A DNA stretch of 63,621 nt, counting the filler, from Collodictyon triciliatum (Eukaryota): the NCBI GenBank assembly GCA_043381765.1. It is 18 parts of 17 records of this genome, joined end to end, with 100 filler letters (N's around TTAATTAATTAA, not from the genome) between each part and the next. Parts side by side here need not be neighbours in the genome. Positions count along the whole stretch, not along the records: positions 11,117 to 14,719 come from JBHJMP010007087.1; positions 14,820 to 18,422 come from JBHJMP010007088.1; positions 18,523 to 22,130 come from JBHJMP010007089.1; positions 22,231 to 25,831 come from JBHJMP010007090.1; 14 more parts are not named here. One strand, 5' to 3'. A program made the position numbers and the translations under genes. Shown here piece after piece: positions 11,995 to 25,718 of this stretch; within the stretch, counting starts at the first letter, position 1; every line of letters starts with the position of its first letter. Under the pieces are notes generated by a model. That model was given only the letters and a program-made list of their open reading frames with translations, ran no database searches and was not told the DNA's origin.

Positions 11995-13948
11995 TTGGAA
12001 TTAGACTGAGATTTACCTTAAGTCTTGGAATGCAATAGCAGAATATTAATTATCATTATTTACCTTTTATATTTACCATCATTTTAATGTAAATGTCCAT
12101 GAATTAATCAGCTATTATATATATATTTAAAAAATCAATGGTGGAATATTAGGTAAAATTTTCGCACATATTCGATACCTCTGAATTTATGATTGGTTTG
12201 GACGATGTTTTGTCAATATCAAAGAGGCCCCCTCATGGATTTAACCAACACAAAAAGACATTTCCCTGTGTAAAGATGAGAGATTGCCCATCGGAATATG
12301 GCCCCATAGACAATTCTCTGGATAACCTTTACATGTCTTTTTTTAATCTGGCATATTAATCTTCATCGCCTAGATAAATACCATCCTAATAAAGTATTCA
12401 TGAACCATAATCAGGAGGCTGAAAAATTTTGTCGGAAATGACCAATTTATCCAATTTACTGTTCCCTTTCGCATATGGAAACCTTCAAGTAAAGAAGAAT
12501 GGGGCCTTTGGTTTCGAGGTATGCTAGTGATATCATTTTTGTGAGCACAAAAGATCTTAAAGTATACGAATGGTCGTAATACACAAGTCCTCTAGTATAT
12601 AAATTTTAGTAGTCATATACACCTTATATATTTAACAATAATAATGATAATATTACATATCAATAACGGCTAACAACGTACAAACCAGTACATGATGCAC
12701 TTACCTTCAACGACAAAATATTTGATATTGCCAGTGATGTGACACAGGTCTCTTAGTGATCAAATATATGATGCATAGCGTGTTGTCATGCTTTACCAGA
12801 CAGCACGCAGGTTAATATGATATATATTTTGCGGGTTTATATTTATTTCGATTTTTACAGACCCTTGAGCAAAATTTCATAGCTATACACATGCGCTCGG
12901 AATCTTTTTTCGAGATAACAGGTTTAGATTCATTTAGAATACTAAAAGTTTTTTTTAAAAAAGAAGAAAACTTTCAATTAAAAACAGTAAAGAAATAACT
13001 AAGGGGAGACAAATATCAAGGCTACATTATCTAGTGTACTATATAGTCCATATTACATCTTAAGTATATCTTCTGTTCAGGAAAATTGTCAGCATCAGCT
13101 ATGCAAGTCTCTCAATGGGTCTTTGAATCCATTCCTACTTCAACGAAGCTTTACATCCTTGGCGGAGAACTTACATACGACGTTTAATTTATTTATTTGA
13201 CTCGCATTTAGTTTACTTTGAATCCAAATATTTGATCTTTTTTTAATACTTAACTTTTACTAAGAATATTTCCCTCTTTGGTTTCTACCCTGTTTTTTCT
13301 TTTACAATAATAAATAAATACACCACATGCATATTGAACAGTAATCATGTAGATCTTAAAACCTTTCCAAGAAACACATTCAGTTTTTACTTGGAGAAAC
13401 TTTACAGAAGAAGTTCGTCCTTCACAGGTTCAGGTGTGTTGTTTTGTAATATATGACCTTTTTTTTTTATATTTACTTATATGATTTTCGCTTCAGATGC
13501 TCAATTAATAAATAATTGCTTATATTCTGGAACAATTTGTGAATATTTATGAGACTCTAGTTTTGAATTATATTATTACGGGGTTATATTTCGCAGGCTG
13601 GGATCGACTATCTAATTTCACTTGAAGGCAGTCTTTTTGTTACAAAGTATTATTTTTTATGGACAACCCTGATTAAATTTACATGTTCATCACCATGCCG
13701 CATATTAATTATGATTATACGCGATTAAATACTTACCACGGTTAACTGACGCGCATTTTTTTTACCACTTAAGTTCAATACATTCGACATTCGACATCTT
13801 CGTCATGTGGGACAGAAAGCTGAAGAACAAAAAGACATGCCAAGTATATGGAAAACAAAAGCTACCACTCGAAGGTCCCGTCACTGCATTGGCAGATGGA
13901 CTTGATTTTTGCCCAGATATAATCAATGATGTTGTGAAACGCAAATAA
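11524..13948 (+). CDS. GDP-fucose O-fucosyltransferase-family (GT-B, PF10250-like) protein (5' partial)
   Basis: Spliced exons give ALTFNDKIFDIA, NFIAIHMRSE, KLYILGG, AGIDYLISLEGSLFVTNSIHSTFD and a stop at 13946-13948. These match the F.A.H.R.E, IYIA.G and AA.DY...FV...STF motifs. Confidence 0.75.
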
Positions 13949-15102
13949 ACCCCATGTTAATTAACCAATATAATTTATTTATTTTTTTGCCTCACTACAA
14001 AATCACACCTGCCGGAGAAAAAAAAACCAAGAATATCAAAGAATTTACACCCGCACTCATACTACATGCCCTACTATTTATACACTTTTCAAGTGTGCGG
14101 CGGAATGACATAACTTATATGTAAAGTAAAAAAAAAAATTAAGAAAAAATTTGCCTTTAGGTATCCAAAAGATATCTACTGGTTCATATTTCAGTTGTTG
14201 AATGAAATTCGTGTTGGTTGTCTCCATCTTTCATTGCTCTCTACTATGCGCACCATACCTACCCTCTATCAAATATTCTCGCGTTTCTGGTTTCCTCATA
14301 CCGTCACAACTTCATCGCCTTCTTGTTTAGCACAAGATAATATTGTTTCTTAAACCTGCCCAAGTGAAAAAGAAAATAAAAGCGATTTAAGACGCTCGGT
14401 CTGCGTTTAGACTTGGTGACACACACTCGCATTAACTCCATGACGATGTAACTGTTGCTCGTGAAAGTCTAGTCCTCCATCGATTGTAAACCCTGTTTTA
14501 GGTATTATACAAGTAGTACCCAAGGAGACATCATAGACCCTGTGGGCTCATTCAAACATCACGGGTATATGCGCTTGTAATATGAATCAAATCCAGCTGT
14601 CTCTTGAGCATTAAACATTACCAAGCAAAAACAATATCAGACATTAAAATGTATCAAAGGATTTTGGGCAGTCCGCTTTAATTCCACAGAGAAGCGAACC
14701 ATATAGCCAAAAGGATACGNNNNNNNNNNNNNNNNNNNNNNNNNNNNNNNNNNNNNNNNNNNNTTAATTAATTAANNNNNNNNNNNNNNNNNNNNNNNNN
14801 NNNNNNNNNNNNNNNNNNNATAAAAAAGAGAGAATAAAAAAGAGAGAATAAAAAAGAGAGAATAAAAAAGAGAGAATAAAAAAGAGAGAATAAAAAAGAG
14901 AGAATAAAAAAGAGAGAATAAAAAAGAGTGAAAAAAGAAAGCAAATAAGATAAAAAAGGGGTAATGCGTGACTGGAAGTGAACATATATTTATTTTTTCG
15001 ATTGGGTGATGCCGTGATGGGAATGGGAAGACATTCATACGGTAATCCATCGTGCTGCTAGAGTTTCGTGTACCTCATTCATTGATCGATCTTCAAACGC
15101 AG

Positions 15103-17367
15103 TGGAGTCCCTTTTGCAAAAACACCAGAGACAGGCAGACCACCTTGTATCGGCTTTGGCATCAGTATGGAAATCACATGATGATTCACAAAGGTTTGTC
15201 AGTGGATGTTACAAAAATTAGTGCGCATATACGCTTTTGTGAATCTCATTCTATCTTTAATCATCTAATAATTTTGCAGAACCATCCGGGTTGGTATCTC
15301 TGGTCCTCCTGGCGCAGGGAAATCAACTTTCATCGAAGCGTTGGGTACATACTTAACATCTCAGGGGAACAAAGTCGCTGTTCTGGTAAAACAAAACCAC
15401 TGCATTTTTTTTTTTGCATATTTTTAAACATAGGTCGCTTGAAATCCAGGGATAATACCCCCACATCATTTGAAATCACAAAAAACAATAAAAATCGAAA
15501 AAAAAAGAGAAGTAGAAGAAACATTAAATCTGTCCGCCCGTTAATAGGCTTATAGAGATTTACACTATACTCGCAATTACAGGCCATAGACCCTTCATCC
15601 TCCATAACGGGTGGTTCGATTCTTGGGGATAAAACTCGAATGGTTGAGTTATCCAGAGATGATAATGCTTATGTGCGACCAACACCGAATGGAGGGACAC
15701 TCGGTATTCGTCGAATATTTACTTAGATTGATTATATTCAGCCTATTTTAACGTCTAGGTTAGCACCTATTCAATCCTTTGGTATTTAGATGTAGAATTT
15801 GATGTCATCGATTATTTCAACTAGGTGGTGTGGCCCGATATACGAACGATTCTATCTTGCTTTGCGAAGGTAACCTCAATAAATAGAGGGATTTCCTCCA
15901 AAATATACCATTGATCGATTTTGTTCAATATTTACACAATTCTATAATGAAGTCGATTCAAATTGAAAGGAAAAAGCCAGTCTTCTCATATTGCATGCAT
16001 CGAATTAAAAAAAGAAGGAAGCTTCCTATTGCCGCAGATATTGCATTTCTCTTATGAGTTTTCCTTCATCTCTAGTTGCTGGATACAACATAATCTTAGT
16101 TGAGACAGTCGGCGTTGGTCAGTCAGAAATACGTGTTGCTGATATGGTGGATTTGTTTCTACTTCTTGTACCTCCTGCCGCAGGAGATGAACTTCAGGTA
16201 CTCCTTTTATATCCTTCTTAATATACCTATTCACATATTCATTTTGTTTCTACATTTCAATAAAAATAACAGAAAGACAAAATACAAAAATACATCAAGA
16301 TTGCCTAAATTGAAAGAAAACATCCTCCATTGCGTCTCATCTACCAAGAAGCAAAATATAATACACTCATCCCCTTATAAACTCCAATACACGAGATATC
16401 TAGACTACAAGGTATCGCCTTGAAATTAATTCATACCATTCTCTTTTATGGATACATTAAAGGGAATAAAAAAAGGAATCATGGAGGTGGCTGACTTAAT
16501 TGTTGTGAGTAAAGCTGACGGTGCAACAGAAGACTTGGCCAGGCATTCGCAAGTTGATATTATGAAGGCACTCAAATTTATTCGCCCACGCCATGCGTCG
16601 TGGAACACTCGAGTAACCCACTTTCAAAGAAAAACCTTTTATTTAACGTATTACATTCAAATTCTATTTCAAAAGAAGACAGTTATTTGGGGGGGTGAAC
16701 GGAGCAGGATTTAATCAATTTAAAACAGTTGAGGATCTTTTCCCCCCCTTTTTCACAACAAAAAAACACCGTGTAGGTTATACGGTACTCAGCGCAACGG
16801 AGAGAAACTGTTGCCGAAGTATGGAAGAATGTGATGGAATTTAAAAACGCACTTTCTGTACGATTTCTATTCATATTTTTTTTTTTCAAATTCAATCATA
16901 TAATCAGTTGGTGAATATCTAAATATATGTGATTCTAGATAAATCGCACTCTGGTTTACTCGCATTCCTAAACAAACAACAACAACAACAATATCAATAG
17001 GAAAACAACGAGATACAAGCTCTCCGGAGCAACCAACGACAGTTGTGGATGTGGACCCAGATTCAAGAAGAATTAATGCAAAAGTATCACTAAATGGAAC
17101 ATATTTACTTTTTTTCTAATATGAATACTATTTAGCAAAAAAAAAAAAAAGATTTTCCCGTCATAAGATACCTTTGGTACTTAACCATTTTCTTTCTTTT
17201 TTTTTATATATATATATATATGTAGAGTCCAGAGCGATTTAGAAGTTCAAAATAGACTTCCAAAAATACTTGCAAAATTGAGCACAGGCGAAATAACCCC
17301 CAGAATGGCATGCAATACAATCATCCAATCCTTTTTGAAGACGCCAATTAATAAAACAAATGCATAG
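15103..17367 (+). CDS. MMAA: Methylmalonyl-CoA mutase-associated GTPase MMAA/MeaB (5' partial)
   Basis: [82 protein letters not shown] across nine GT-AG exons. Confidence 0.95.
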
Positions 17368-17742
17368 ATGCGTATCAAGGCATGCGTAGCGATAGTAGTA
17401 TTGGATTTGTGCACAACATCATTATACAATACTATTAAGAAATATGCAGCCCGGACTCTTCAACGAAATCTTTGTGAATTATCAGAATTTTCTGTTTTCG
17501 TTTTCACCATCGGAGCATTAATGTACATATTTTATGGAGGCAAAATGCTGAACTAACTCATTCTATTGTCAAATATTGATTCCTAATTATACCTGGTGGG
17601 CTGATCTGTAATTCTACTGGACAAATATCGGACTCAAACAAAAAGACGCTTTAATACATCTCTTATTGATTCGCAAATAATCATGCGGGATATTAACACG
17701 GCACACAGCCAATCACCCGCACTGAAATTGTGCGCATTTTAT

Positions 17743-18136
17743 TCACATATTGTCCGATGAGTGCGACGCATCCGCCAATCCCTTGGGCTGTAGCTTTTCC
17801 CTGCGTGTGCAGCGCGGACACGGTAAGCTTTCATCCTTGCGGCATTGCCGGTGGAATATTGCGTTGCACGCTTGACACTTCCGGATGTGTAGTTGGAACG
17901 GAAACATAATCTGGAATCACGGGAGAGTTGTTTATAATAAATAGAAAGTAAGAGTAAAAAACGTTCTTAGAACAAAGCACCCAGACTTATGGTGATTTCA
18001 AACCACAAAATCAATATTTCATCAGACAAGAGATGTAACATATATATGTATCTGTAATAAAAATAGTGAGGGGGAATTTTTTTAATACATCGTCCGAACG
18101 ACATATTTCACAGAAGCTTCCCTTTCCTCTACAGGC
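17743..18136 (-). CDS. Rubicon-homology (DEF8/PLEKHM1/Rubicon family) zinc-binding C-terminus, last two exons
   Basis: ACRGKGSFCEICRSDD|IMFPFQLHIRKCQACNAIFHRQCRKDESLPCPRC, the C..KGF.CE.C...IFPF...C..C...FH..C...CP.C pattern. Confidence 0.88.
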
Positions 18137-18685
18137 CTGTCGTAAATAGAATATTCTTGAAATATATTTTACATGATACAAAACAAAAAACAATCCAATA
18201 AATATGTATCCCCTATGATTCGCTTCAAAGAATACAAAAACAAATATTTAAACGGGCTGCAGATTATTTAAAGTTCATGATATGTAAGAAAGAAATAAGA
18301 AGCAAATAAGAAGCAAATAAGAAACAAATAAGAAACAAATAAGAAACAAATAAGAAACAAATAAGAAACAAATAAGAAACAAATAAGAAACAAATAAGAA
18401 ACAAATAAGAAACAAATAAGAANNNNNNNNNNNNNNNNNNNNNNNNNNNNNNNNNNNNNNNNNNNNTTAATTAATTAANNNNNNNNNNNNNNNNNNNNNN
18501 NNNNNNNNNNNNNNNNNNNNNNTAAACAAAGTAAACAAAGTAAACAAAGTAAACAAAGTAAACAAAGTAAACAAAGTAAACAAAGTAAACAAAGTAAACA
18601 AAGTAAACAAAGTAAACAAAGTAAACAAAGTAAACAAAGTAAACAAAATAAAAATAAATGAAGAGAAACCAAAAAGAAACGGTGA

Positions 18686-19890
18686 CATGGGCGGCCAGCA
18701 GGGTTCCCCTCCTGAAGAAAAGTATCACCATTTACCTAATACCATGGTGTAGGAGGCCAAGTCTATCATTACCGATCGATACCAAGAACAAAGGTCCATA
18801 CACACGCTCACAAACTCAATGTATATTCCATTTCCCGTTACCTCTTCGCTGGGGATGGCTAGCCCACACGATGATATTCACATGTAATATAGGCTGCCCT
18901 ACGTGCCTTTTTTTTCCTCAAAAAATTACATAGCACTCATAACCATCGTCGTTATCGATGCTGATATAATCTCATCTATCGATGATATCACCTGTATAGT
19001 TATTGGTAACTGACCTATTGATTACATAAACATTTTTTTCTTTCTTTCTTTTTTTTTTTTTTGTAACTTGCATCCTGTAAAATCATGATAAGGGCGATGG
19101 GCTGTATAAATATCCCGCACGGTTCCCTTCCAGCCTCTGATGAGGGTTCTGTTCAAGCGAGTGGATTTCATCATTCGTTCATGAACGAGGAGGAGTCTAA
19201 GTGACAGCATCCCTCCCTTGTGGCTTGTTTGACAATGTCATAATTGAAATGAAGGGATGATTGATTGAATAAATAAACAAATAATAAACAAATAATAAAC
19301 AAATAATAAACAAATAATAAACAAATAATAAACAAATAATAAACAAATAATAAACAAATAATAAACAAATAATAAACAAATAATAGACGTAGGCGTGAAT
19401 CGTAGCTATTTTTGCAACTATGGAAAGTCATTTTTATTTTTGTTTGTCATTTTTACAAAGTCTGTAACTCGAAGGATTCTTTTGTATGGTGCAGGTTTCT
19501 CTTCCTAGTGACAAGTTAAAATATATTTATTTCAGTATAGTTGCGCCTTTTGCAATACAATAGAAATGCAAAAAAACACCAATAAGAAACATAAACAGCA
19601 TGAGAGAGACTGCCAGGGTTGATAGGCTTCCTTCACTAATACGCCTCATCAGCCTATAGCAAGCAATTTCTCGTTCTTATTTATTCATTCAATTAAATGA
19701 AAACCTTTCTAATTGGCTGCTGGTGTTTGGTAGAGTCCTTTCCCGAGTAGTTGCGATCTTTTGCGGTTGATGGAGTCCCAAGGCGAGGAACTGATCTGCG
19801 CAGGGAGAATAAAACCCATACCTTCCAGCTCGATACACAGAATATGTAGTGGCCAGGTAGGTGTCTCCTTCCACACTGTCCCGTGTGACT
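18686..19890 (-). CDS. Probable exons of an unknown gene divergent from PSMA4
   Basis: GC-richer blocks at about 18686-18735, 19120-19200 and 19706-19890, bounded by plausible minus-strand AG/GT sites. Product unrecognised. Confidence 0.25.
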
Positions 19891-20618
19891 TTTCTTCTCA
19901 ATTATTCGCTGTCTTTTGGTTCCTTCACTCTTTTCTTTTNNNNNNNNNNNNNNNNNNNNNNNNNNNNNNNNNNNNNNNNNNNNNNNNNNNNNNNNNNNNN
20001 NNNNNNNNNNNNNNNNNNNNNNNNNNNNNNNNNNNNNNNNNNNNNNNNNNNNNNNNNNNNNNNNNNNNNNNNNNNNNNNNNNNNNNNNNNNNNNNNNNNN
20101 NNNNNNNNNNNNNNNNNNNNNNNNNNNNNNNNNNNNNNNNNNNNNNNNNNNNNNNNNNNNNNNNNNNNNNNNNNNNNNNNNNNNNNNNNNNNNNNNNNNN
20201 NNNNNNNNNNNNNNNNNNNNNNNNNNNNNNNNNNNNNNNNNNNNNNNNNNNNNNNNNNNNNNNNNNNNNNNNNNNNNNNNNNNNNNNNNNNNNNNNNNNN
20301 NNNNNNNNNNNNNNNNNNNNNNNNNNNNNNNNNNNNNNNNNNNNNNNNNNNNNNNNNNNNNNNNNNNNNNNNNNNNNNNNNNNNNNNNNNNNNNNNNNNN
20401 NNNNNNNNNNNNNNNNNNNNNNNNNNNNNNNNNNNNNNNNNNNNNNNNNNNNNNNNNNNNNNNNNNNNNNNNNNNNNNNNNNNNCTTTTTCTTTTTCTTT
20501 TTCTTTTTCTTTTTCTTTTTCTTTTTCTTATTCTTATTCTTATTCTTATTTCTTATTTCTTATTTCTCCTTGACAAAGAGTACAGGAAAACTCCTCACCG
20601 TACTACATATTTACACAG

Positions 20619-21868
20619 GAATTTTGTCATCGGAGGGTGTCGTCCTTGCCTCGGAGAAGAAGATCACTTCAAAATTGCTCGAACCCACAAAGTCGGAAAA
20701 GATGTATAGACTGGACGACCACATCGCTTGTGCAGTCGCTGGAATCACATCTGATGCAAATATTCTCATCAACTATGCCCGCCTTGCATCTCAACGCTAT
20801 TTGTTGACTTACCAGGTAAACATGCACACTTATCATGGCAGTCGTAGTCCTTATAAGAACACTAGACTGTACTTTTATAGAGTTAGAGTCAGGGTCGCAT
20901 TTGCGGCTTTTCCCTTTTATTATCATGAAAATAAAATTTCGTCAGGAACCGATGCCTATCGAACAGCTTGTGCAAAGTGTCTGTGACCGCAAGCACGGCT
21001 ATACTCAATATGGAGGTTATTCATTTCACTTGCATTTTAGCATTTTATACGAAAGACATATACCTTCTTTTTTTTTTTTTTTATGAATGAGGAGCACTAT
21101 TGCATTACACTCGATTACCATCCCCTTTATTTTCTTTTTTAACCAAAAATAGAGTTATCCCAGGTTCAAGAAAAACAAAATTGGTCCAGCCATCTCAATC
21201 TGTTTTGGTATTAATTCAATTACATTTTTTTTTGAATAAAAGGCCTTCGACCATTCGGTGTTTCCTTCCTGTATGCCGGTTGGGACAAGCACTACGGATT
21301 TCAGCTTCTCGAAAGTGATCCTAGTGGCAATTACGGGGGTTGGAAAGCCGCTGCCATTGGAGCAAACAATTCCTCGGCCCAATCCCTGCTCAAGTCTGAA
21401 TACAAGGTGCCGTGAATCGCGACCATCACTCATTAAACGATGATGTTTTCCTTGAAAATGTGGCATCAGTCGCTTACATATATGTTAGCTCCACCCTGTT
21501 GTCAATTTTTGCAACTATTCCTTGGTGCCCTGATTTCATTCTGATCGGCAACAATAAGCACAGGAGGGTCTCACCCTGAAGGAAGCTTTGAGCCTCGCTA
21601 TCAAAGTGATGAGCAAAACTATGGACAGCACTACGTTGAGCACAGAGAAGCGTATGCAAACCGAGCACGGCCTCTTTTTCTTTTTCTTTTTCTCTTTTTC
21701 TTTTTCTTTTAATTCGGTCGTTGTATTATTAACCGCCCCACCATCATCACAAATGCAGTCGAGTTTGCCACGTTCACCAGAAAAGGAGTACGCAATGTCT
21801 TCCACGTCCTTACTCAGGCCGAAATGGAGGAACTCTTCAAGGAGGCTCCAGTCGCTCAGCCCGAATAA
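20619..21868 (+). CDS. PSMA4: Proteasome subunit alpha type-4 (alpha-3); 5' exon(s) probably lost in the N gap
   Basis: [92 protein letters not shown]. Five exons visible. Confidence 0.96.
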
Positions 21869-22230
21869 TCGCTCACTCCACGAGCATCCGAAGCTTTCGT
21901 TCGTTGGCGAATAAAAAAAATATAAAGAAAAGATTACCGGCCCAGGTAAAGCTGGTCTCTTTTTTCTTTCTCTCTCCTCTCCCTCTCTCCCTCTATCTTT
22001 TATTCCGTAATGGTATGTATGTATGTATGTATGTATGTATGTATGTATGTATGTATGTATGTATGTATGTATGTATGTATGTATGTATGTATGTATGTAT
22101 GTATGTATGTATGTATGTATGTATGTATGTNNNNNNNNNNNNNNNNNNNNNNNNNNNNNNNNNNNNNNNNNNNNTTAATTAATTAANNNNNNNNNNNNNN
22201 NNNNNNNNNNNNNNNNNNNNNNNNNNNNNN

Positions 22231-25119
22231 GTTGGAATACCGCTGGGAGTTGCTTTCATTTTGGTTTATGCGTATGCATTCTCATATTCTTATCGCCTAT
22301 TGCACGAATTGAGTGTTCGGACACAACAATTGTCTTTTGGTCAGGTTCGTCGGTTACTAAATAGTGCATTCTCTTATAATCTATGGTGAATCCTATGAAG
22401 CCATTTTCCTTTTTCTTTTTCTTTCTTTCCATGTATTTCGATGTATTTCGATGTATTTCAACTCTTCCCTGAAGTTTCTTCCCCTCTTTATTTCTGCAAA
22501 GATTGCGCTAAAGATAGGTGGACCGTGGATATATTTCTTGGTTGATGTTATGCTGCTGCTTAACGTTCTGGTGGCCATTTGCTCCATCGTCATAGGTTTG
22601 TCAATCATAGAGCTATACTTTTTACTTTTATATTTTCCTTTTTCATTTCCTTTTACATTTCCTTTTATTTTTCCATTTCCTTTTTTCCTTCTTCATTCAA
22701 TTAAATTTTGTCACGAAATAATGATTTATTATGTTTTGTATAGCATCTAATGGTATCACCATTGCAGGTATCCGTGACGTTATCGATATTGGCTTATCAC
22801 CAGCGACAGATTGGATTGAAGATAATATTGGCTTCCCAAAAGAACTAAACATACTTGTTGGCATTTGCACAGTAAGGTTTTGAGTCTGTAGATTTCAAAT
22901 AATAAAACAAAATAAAACAAAACAAGGGAGAATATATGTGTTTGAGAAAGCATTTCCAATTTATGATCTTGCTTTTTAGATTTATGTCATCATACTGTGC
23001 AATACAAAGAAAGCATCTATCCCAAATCGCGGCATATTCACCCTCATTCCCTACTTTATTGGGTTGCTCGTTTTGTGTTGTGTGCATATTTCCCAAAACT
23101 ACAGAGGAGAAGTGAAACACTTTATGAAGGTACGCAATACATCATATGAAGAAATTACACGCTTTTCTGCCATGTATATTTTCGAGGAGGGACTTCTCTG
23201 TTGGCCGTGGTAACTAATAGGTGCTGATGTAGTGCCGTCCTTCAAAATCTACGATAGAGTATATACCTCTTGCGGTGTTCACATTCGATTGTTTTGGCCA
23301 AGTACCAGTTGTTTCCATACTACTGACTGTGGACTTCATTGTTTTAAATCATCAGAGATTAGCCATTCATTTTTTTCAAAAAAATACGCCAAATACATAT
23401 AGTTCATGACCATTTATGCCGAACTACCACAACCTGTTGCTGATGTTGAAGCCAAACGCTTTGTGGACATCCCTATAATTATTGCGTCTGGTAAGGACAT
23501 TTTTCGTTCGCCATTATTGTCTTTTGTGTCTTTGTGTTGTCCTTATTTTTCCTGTTGTTTTTGTTTTTGTTTTGTGTTTAGCACTACATAGTAATACACC
23601 AGGTGCATTACTTATTTTTTTTGAGATACAACCCAACTCGTGCTCTCCTCTCGGCTATAAATTGAATCTATCTCTCCTGATTCTTCAACATTATCTCAGT
23701 ACCAAGCCTAATCATCAGAAAACTTTAATCTGAATATTAAAAATTGCTCTTGCTCAACTCTTATTTATCAATTATTAGTAACATATGTCTTTGTCGCATT
23801 TACGGCTGTGTTGACAAATAACAGTAATCCATTTCAGATGTATCAATATAATTATCATTCAAACGAAATTCCTAGCTGAGTCATACTTCTGGCTCTTACC
23901 GATCCCGATTAATTTCATATTTTAATAGTATCGAATCCAGAAAAATTATTTGATTCTTTTGCGGAGAATGGTCAAACATCACTCAAGATTATATTGGCGG
24001 GTAAGTCCATATTTATTTCGCCAAAAATACATGTATTATCTAGTTAGTCCATAAAATTGGTAAAAGAGGATTTACCGATGTACTTTGCAGTTAACTCTGT
24101 GATATTCATCGTTCTGTTTGGGATGAAATGCTCCATATGGTTCCGCTCGATTACCAAAACAATCACATTTATGATCAGAGTGTTGGCACAGAATCAACCG
24201 ATTGCTTACTTGAACGTAATTGATAAATATAAAACATAAGATGCGTTCCATGCATTTTCTTCTTTCCTTTTTTTTTTTAATTGAAATAGACATTTTTTTT
24301 AATTCCGATGTAGGATTTGAGAAGTCGCTCCAACTTAATTATCAATACGTCTCCGCCATCCAGACGTTTGATTGCAGTCTCGTCAATTATCTTTATGAGC
24401 ATCTCTTGTATTTTGGCTTATGTCGGTGCAAATCTAAATATCGTATGTCTTTGATATGTTGCTTAGTTAAAGAAGAGTGAAAATAAAATAAAATAAAATA
24501 AAATGTATGAAGCATATCTTGTTGAAAGGCAATATTACTTGCAGTACCCATTTGGATGTTATGCTACCAATAAAAAAAAAACATGTAATCGTATTCACCA
24601 AATCGAAGTGTTACCTCTATAACACAAACCAAACCAGACTTAAAATCCATTGAAGGAAAATAATATAAGCTGAAAAAAATAAATAAAGACCACCTCTCAG
24701 TGTGAACTCAATCCATTTTATACATAACAAAGCTTGCATCTGGTCTTGCCACACTTGTTGTCATTCCACTTGGCTTCATCATCCTTCCGTGTCTCCACAT
24801 TTACAAACTTCAAAACGTAACAAGTCCACCAACTTTACCATGCGTTTTAGATACATTCGAAAAATGGAAATTCATAAACATGCTTAGTTTCTTTGTTATT
24901 CGTGGTATTCATAAACCAATTACGTTATCATCAAACAACCCCACCAAGCATGCATAATACTGCATATATTCATGCCTATCTCGCAATCACCAGAGAACTA
25001 CCACTGAGCTTCGCGGCTCGTACGCTCTGCTTGTCTTTGGCCTGGTCACGCTCGCAGTCTGCAGTTTCGGAGTCATTTCCGGCCCCATCCGAGGGAACAA
25101 GTTTGATATATGCTCATAG
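22231..25119 (+). CDS. Amino-acid transporter, Aa_trans (SLC36/38, AVT-like) family (5' partial)
   Basis: About 14 small phase-consistent exons encode hydrophobic helices: GIPLGVAFILVYA, QLSFGQIALKIGG, IPLAVFTFDCFGQFMTIYAEL, LGFIILPCLHIYKL and a final TM ALLVFGLVTL, with TAG at 25117-25119. Confidence 0.75.
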
Positions 25120-25163
25120 CGGGGGTGTACGCGTTGTGTATTGAGTGTGACCTTCAGCAAGAA

Positions 25164-25194
<31 letters not shown>

Positions 25195-25448
25195 CAAAAC
25201 AAAACAAAACATTGCACCAGCTTGTTACAGAGGTGACTTATTCCCACCAACAAATAAATTGAAGAGAAATGAGATAAGATAACACAAGAGACGAGTGGGT
25301 CGTGAAGGCGAGTAAACGCGGTGAATAGAGGGATTTGAACGAGTACCCAACAAACCAGACAAAGTCAATCCCTCTTTCACCTTCTTCTCCCGGGAGAAAA
25401 CGCAGGGCTCCGATCTCGGTGAAGATAAGAACGCGCACGCATAAGAGG

Positions 25449-25579
25449 ATGTCCCAACACGCCGAGCCAGAGTCTCCGCTGCCTGCCTTCGACCGGAGCG
25501 TGTTTGATTGTGTCCGGACGATTCCGGCGCTGCGCATCCCGAATCAGGCCTGCAGCGAGTTTATGAAGACGTTTCGAAG
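25449..25579 (+). CDS. TRM5: First exon of tRNA (guanine37-N1)-methyltransferase Trm5 (3' partial)
   Basis: FDRSVFDCVRTIPALRIPNQACSEFMKTFR resembles the Trm5 N-terminal (L/F)DR..F.....PALR.P...C...K pattern. GT donor at 25580. Confidence 0.65.
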
Positions 25580-25685
25580 GTTTGTGTCCTCCTGCTAAAG
25601 TCGCCTTTGTGTCTAGGAGTCATGGACAGAGTCTGCCTGGGCTGGTGTTCGTGCGATTAAAAGGACGCAAGAACAAAGAAAAACA

Positions 25686-25718
<33 letters not shown>

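Noticed and set aside
14150..14560. 3' exons of a minus-strand gene
   Set aside because: Several short open segments have plausible splice sites, but the product is unrecognisable and the phase ambiguous.
24700..25253. Small minus-strand gene suggested by ORF 24987-25253
   Set aside because: The same bases are the last two + strand exons of the amino-acid transporter.
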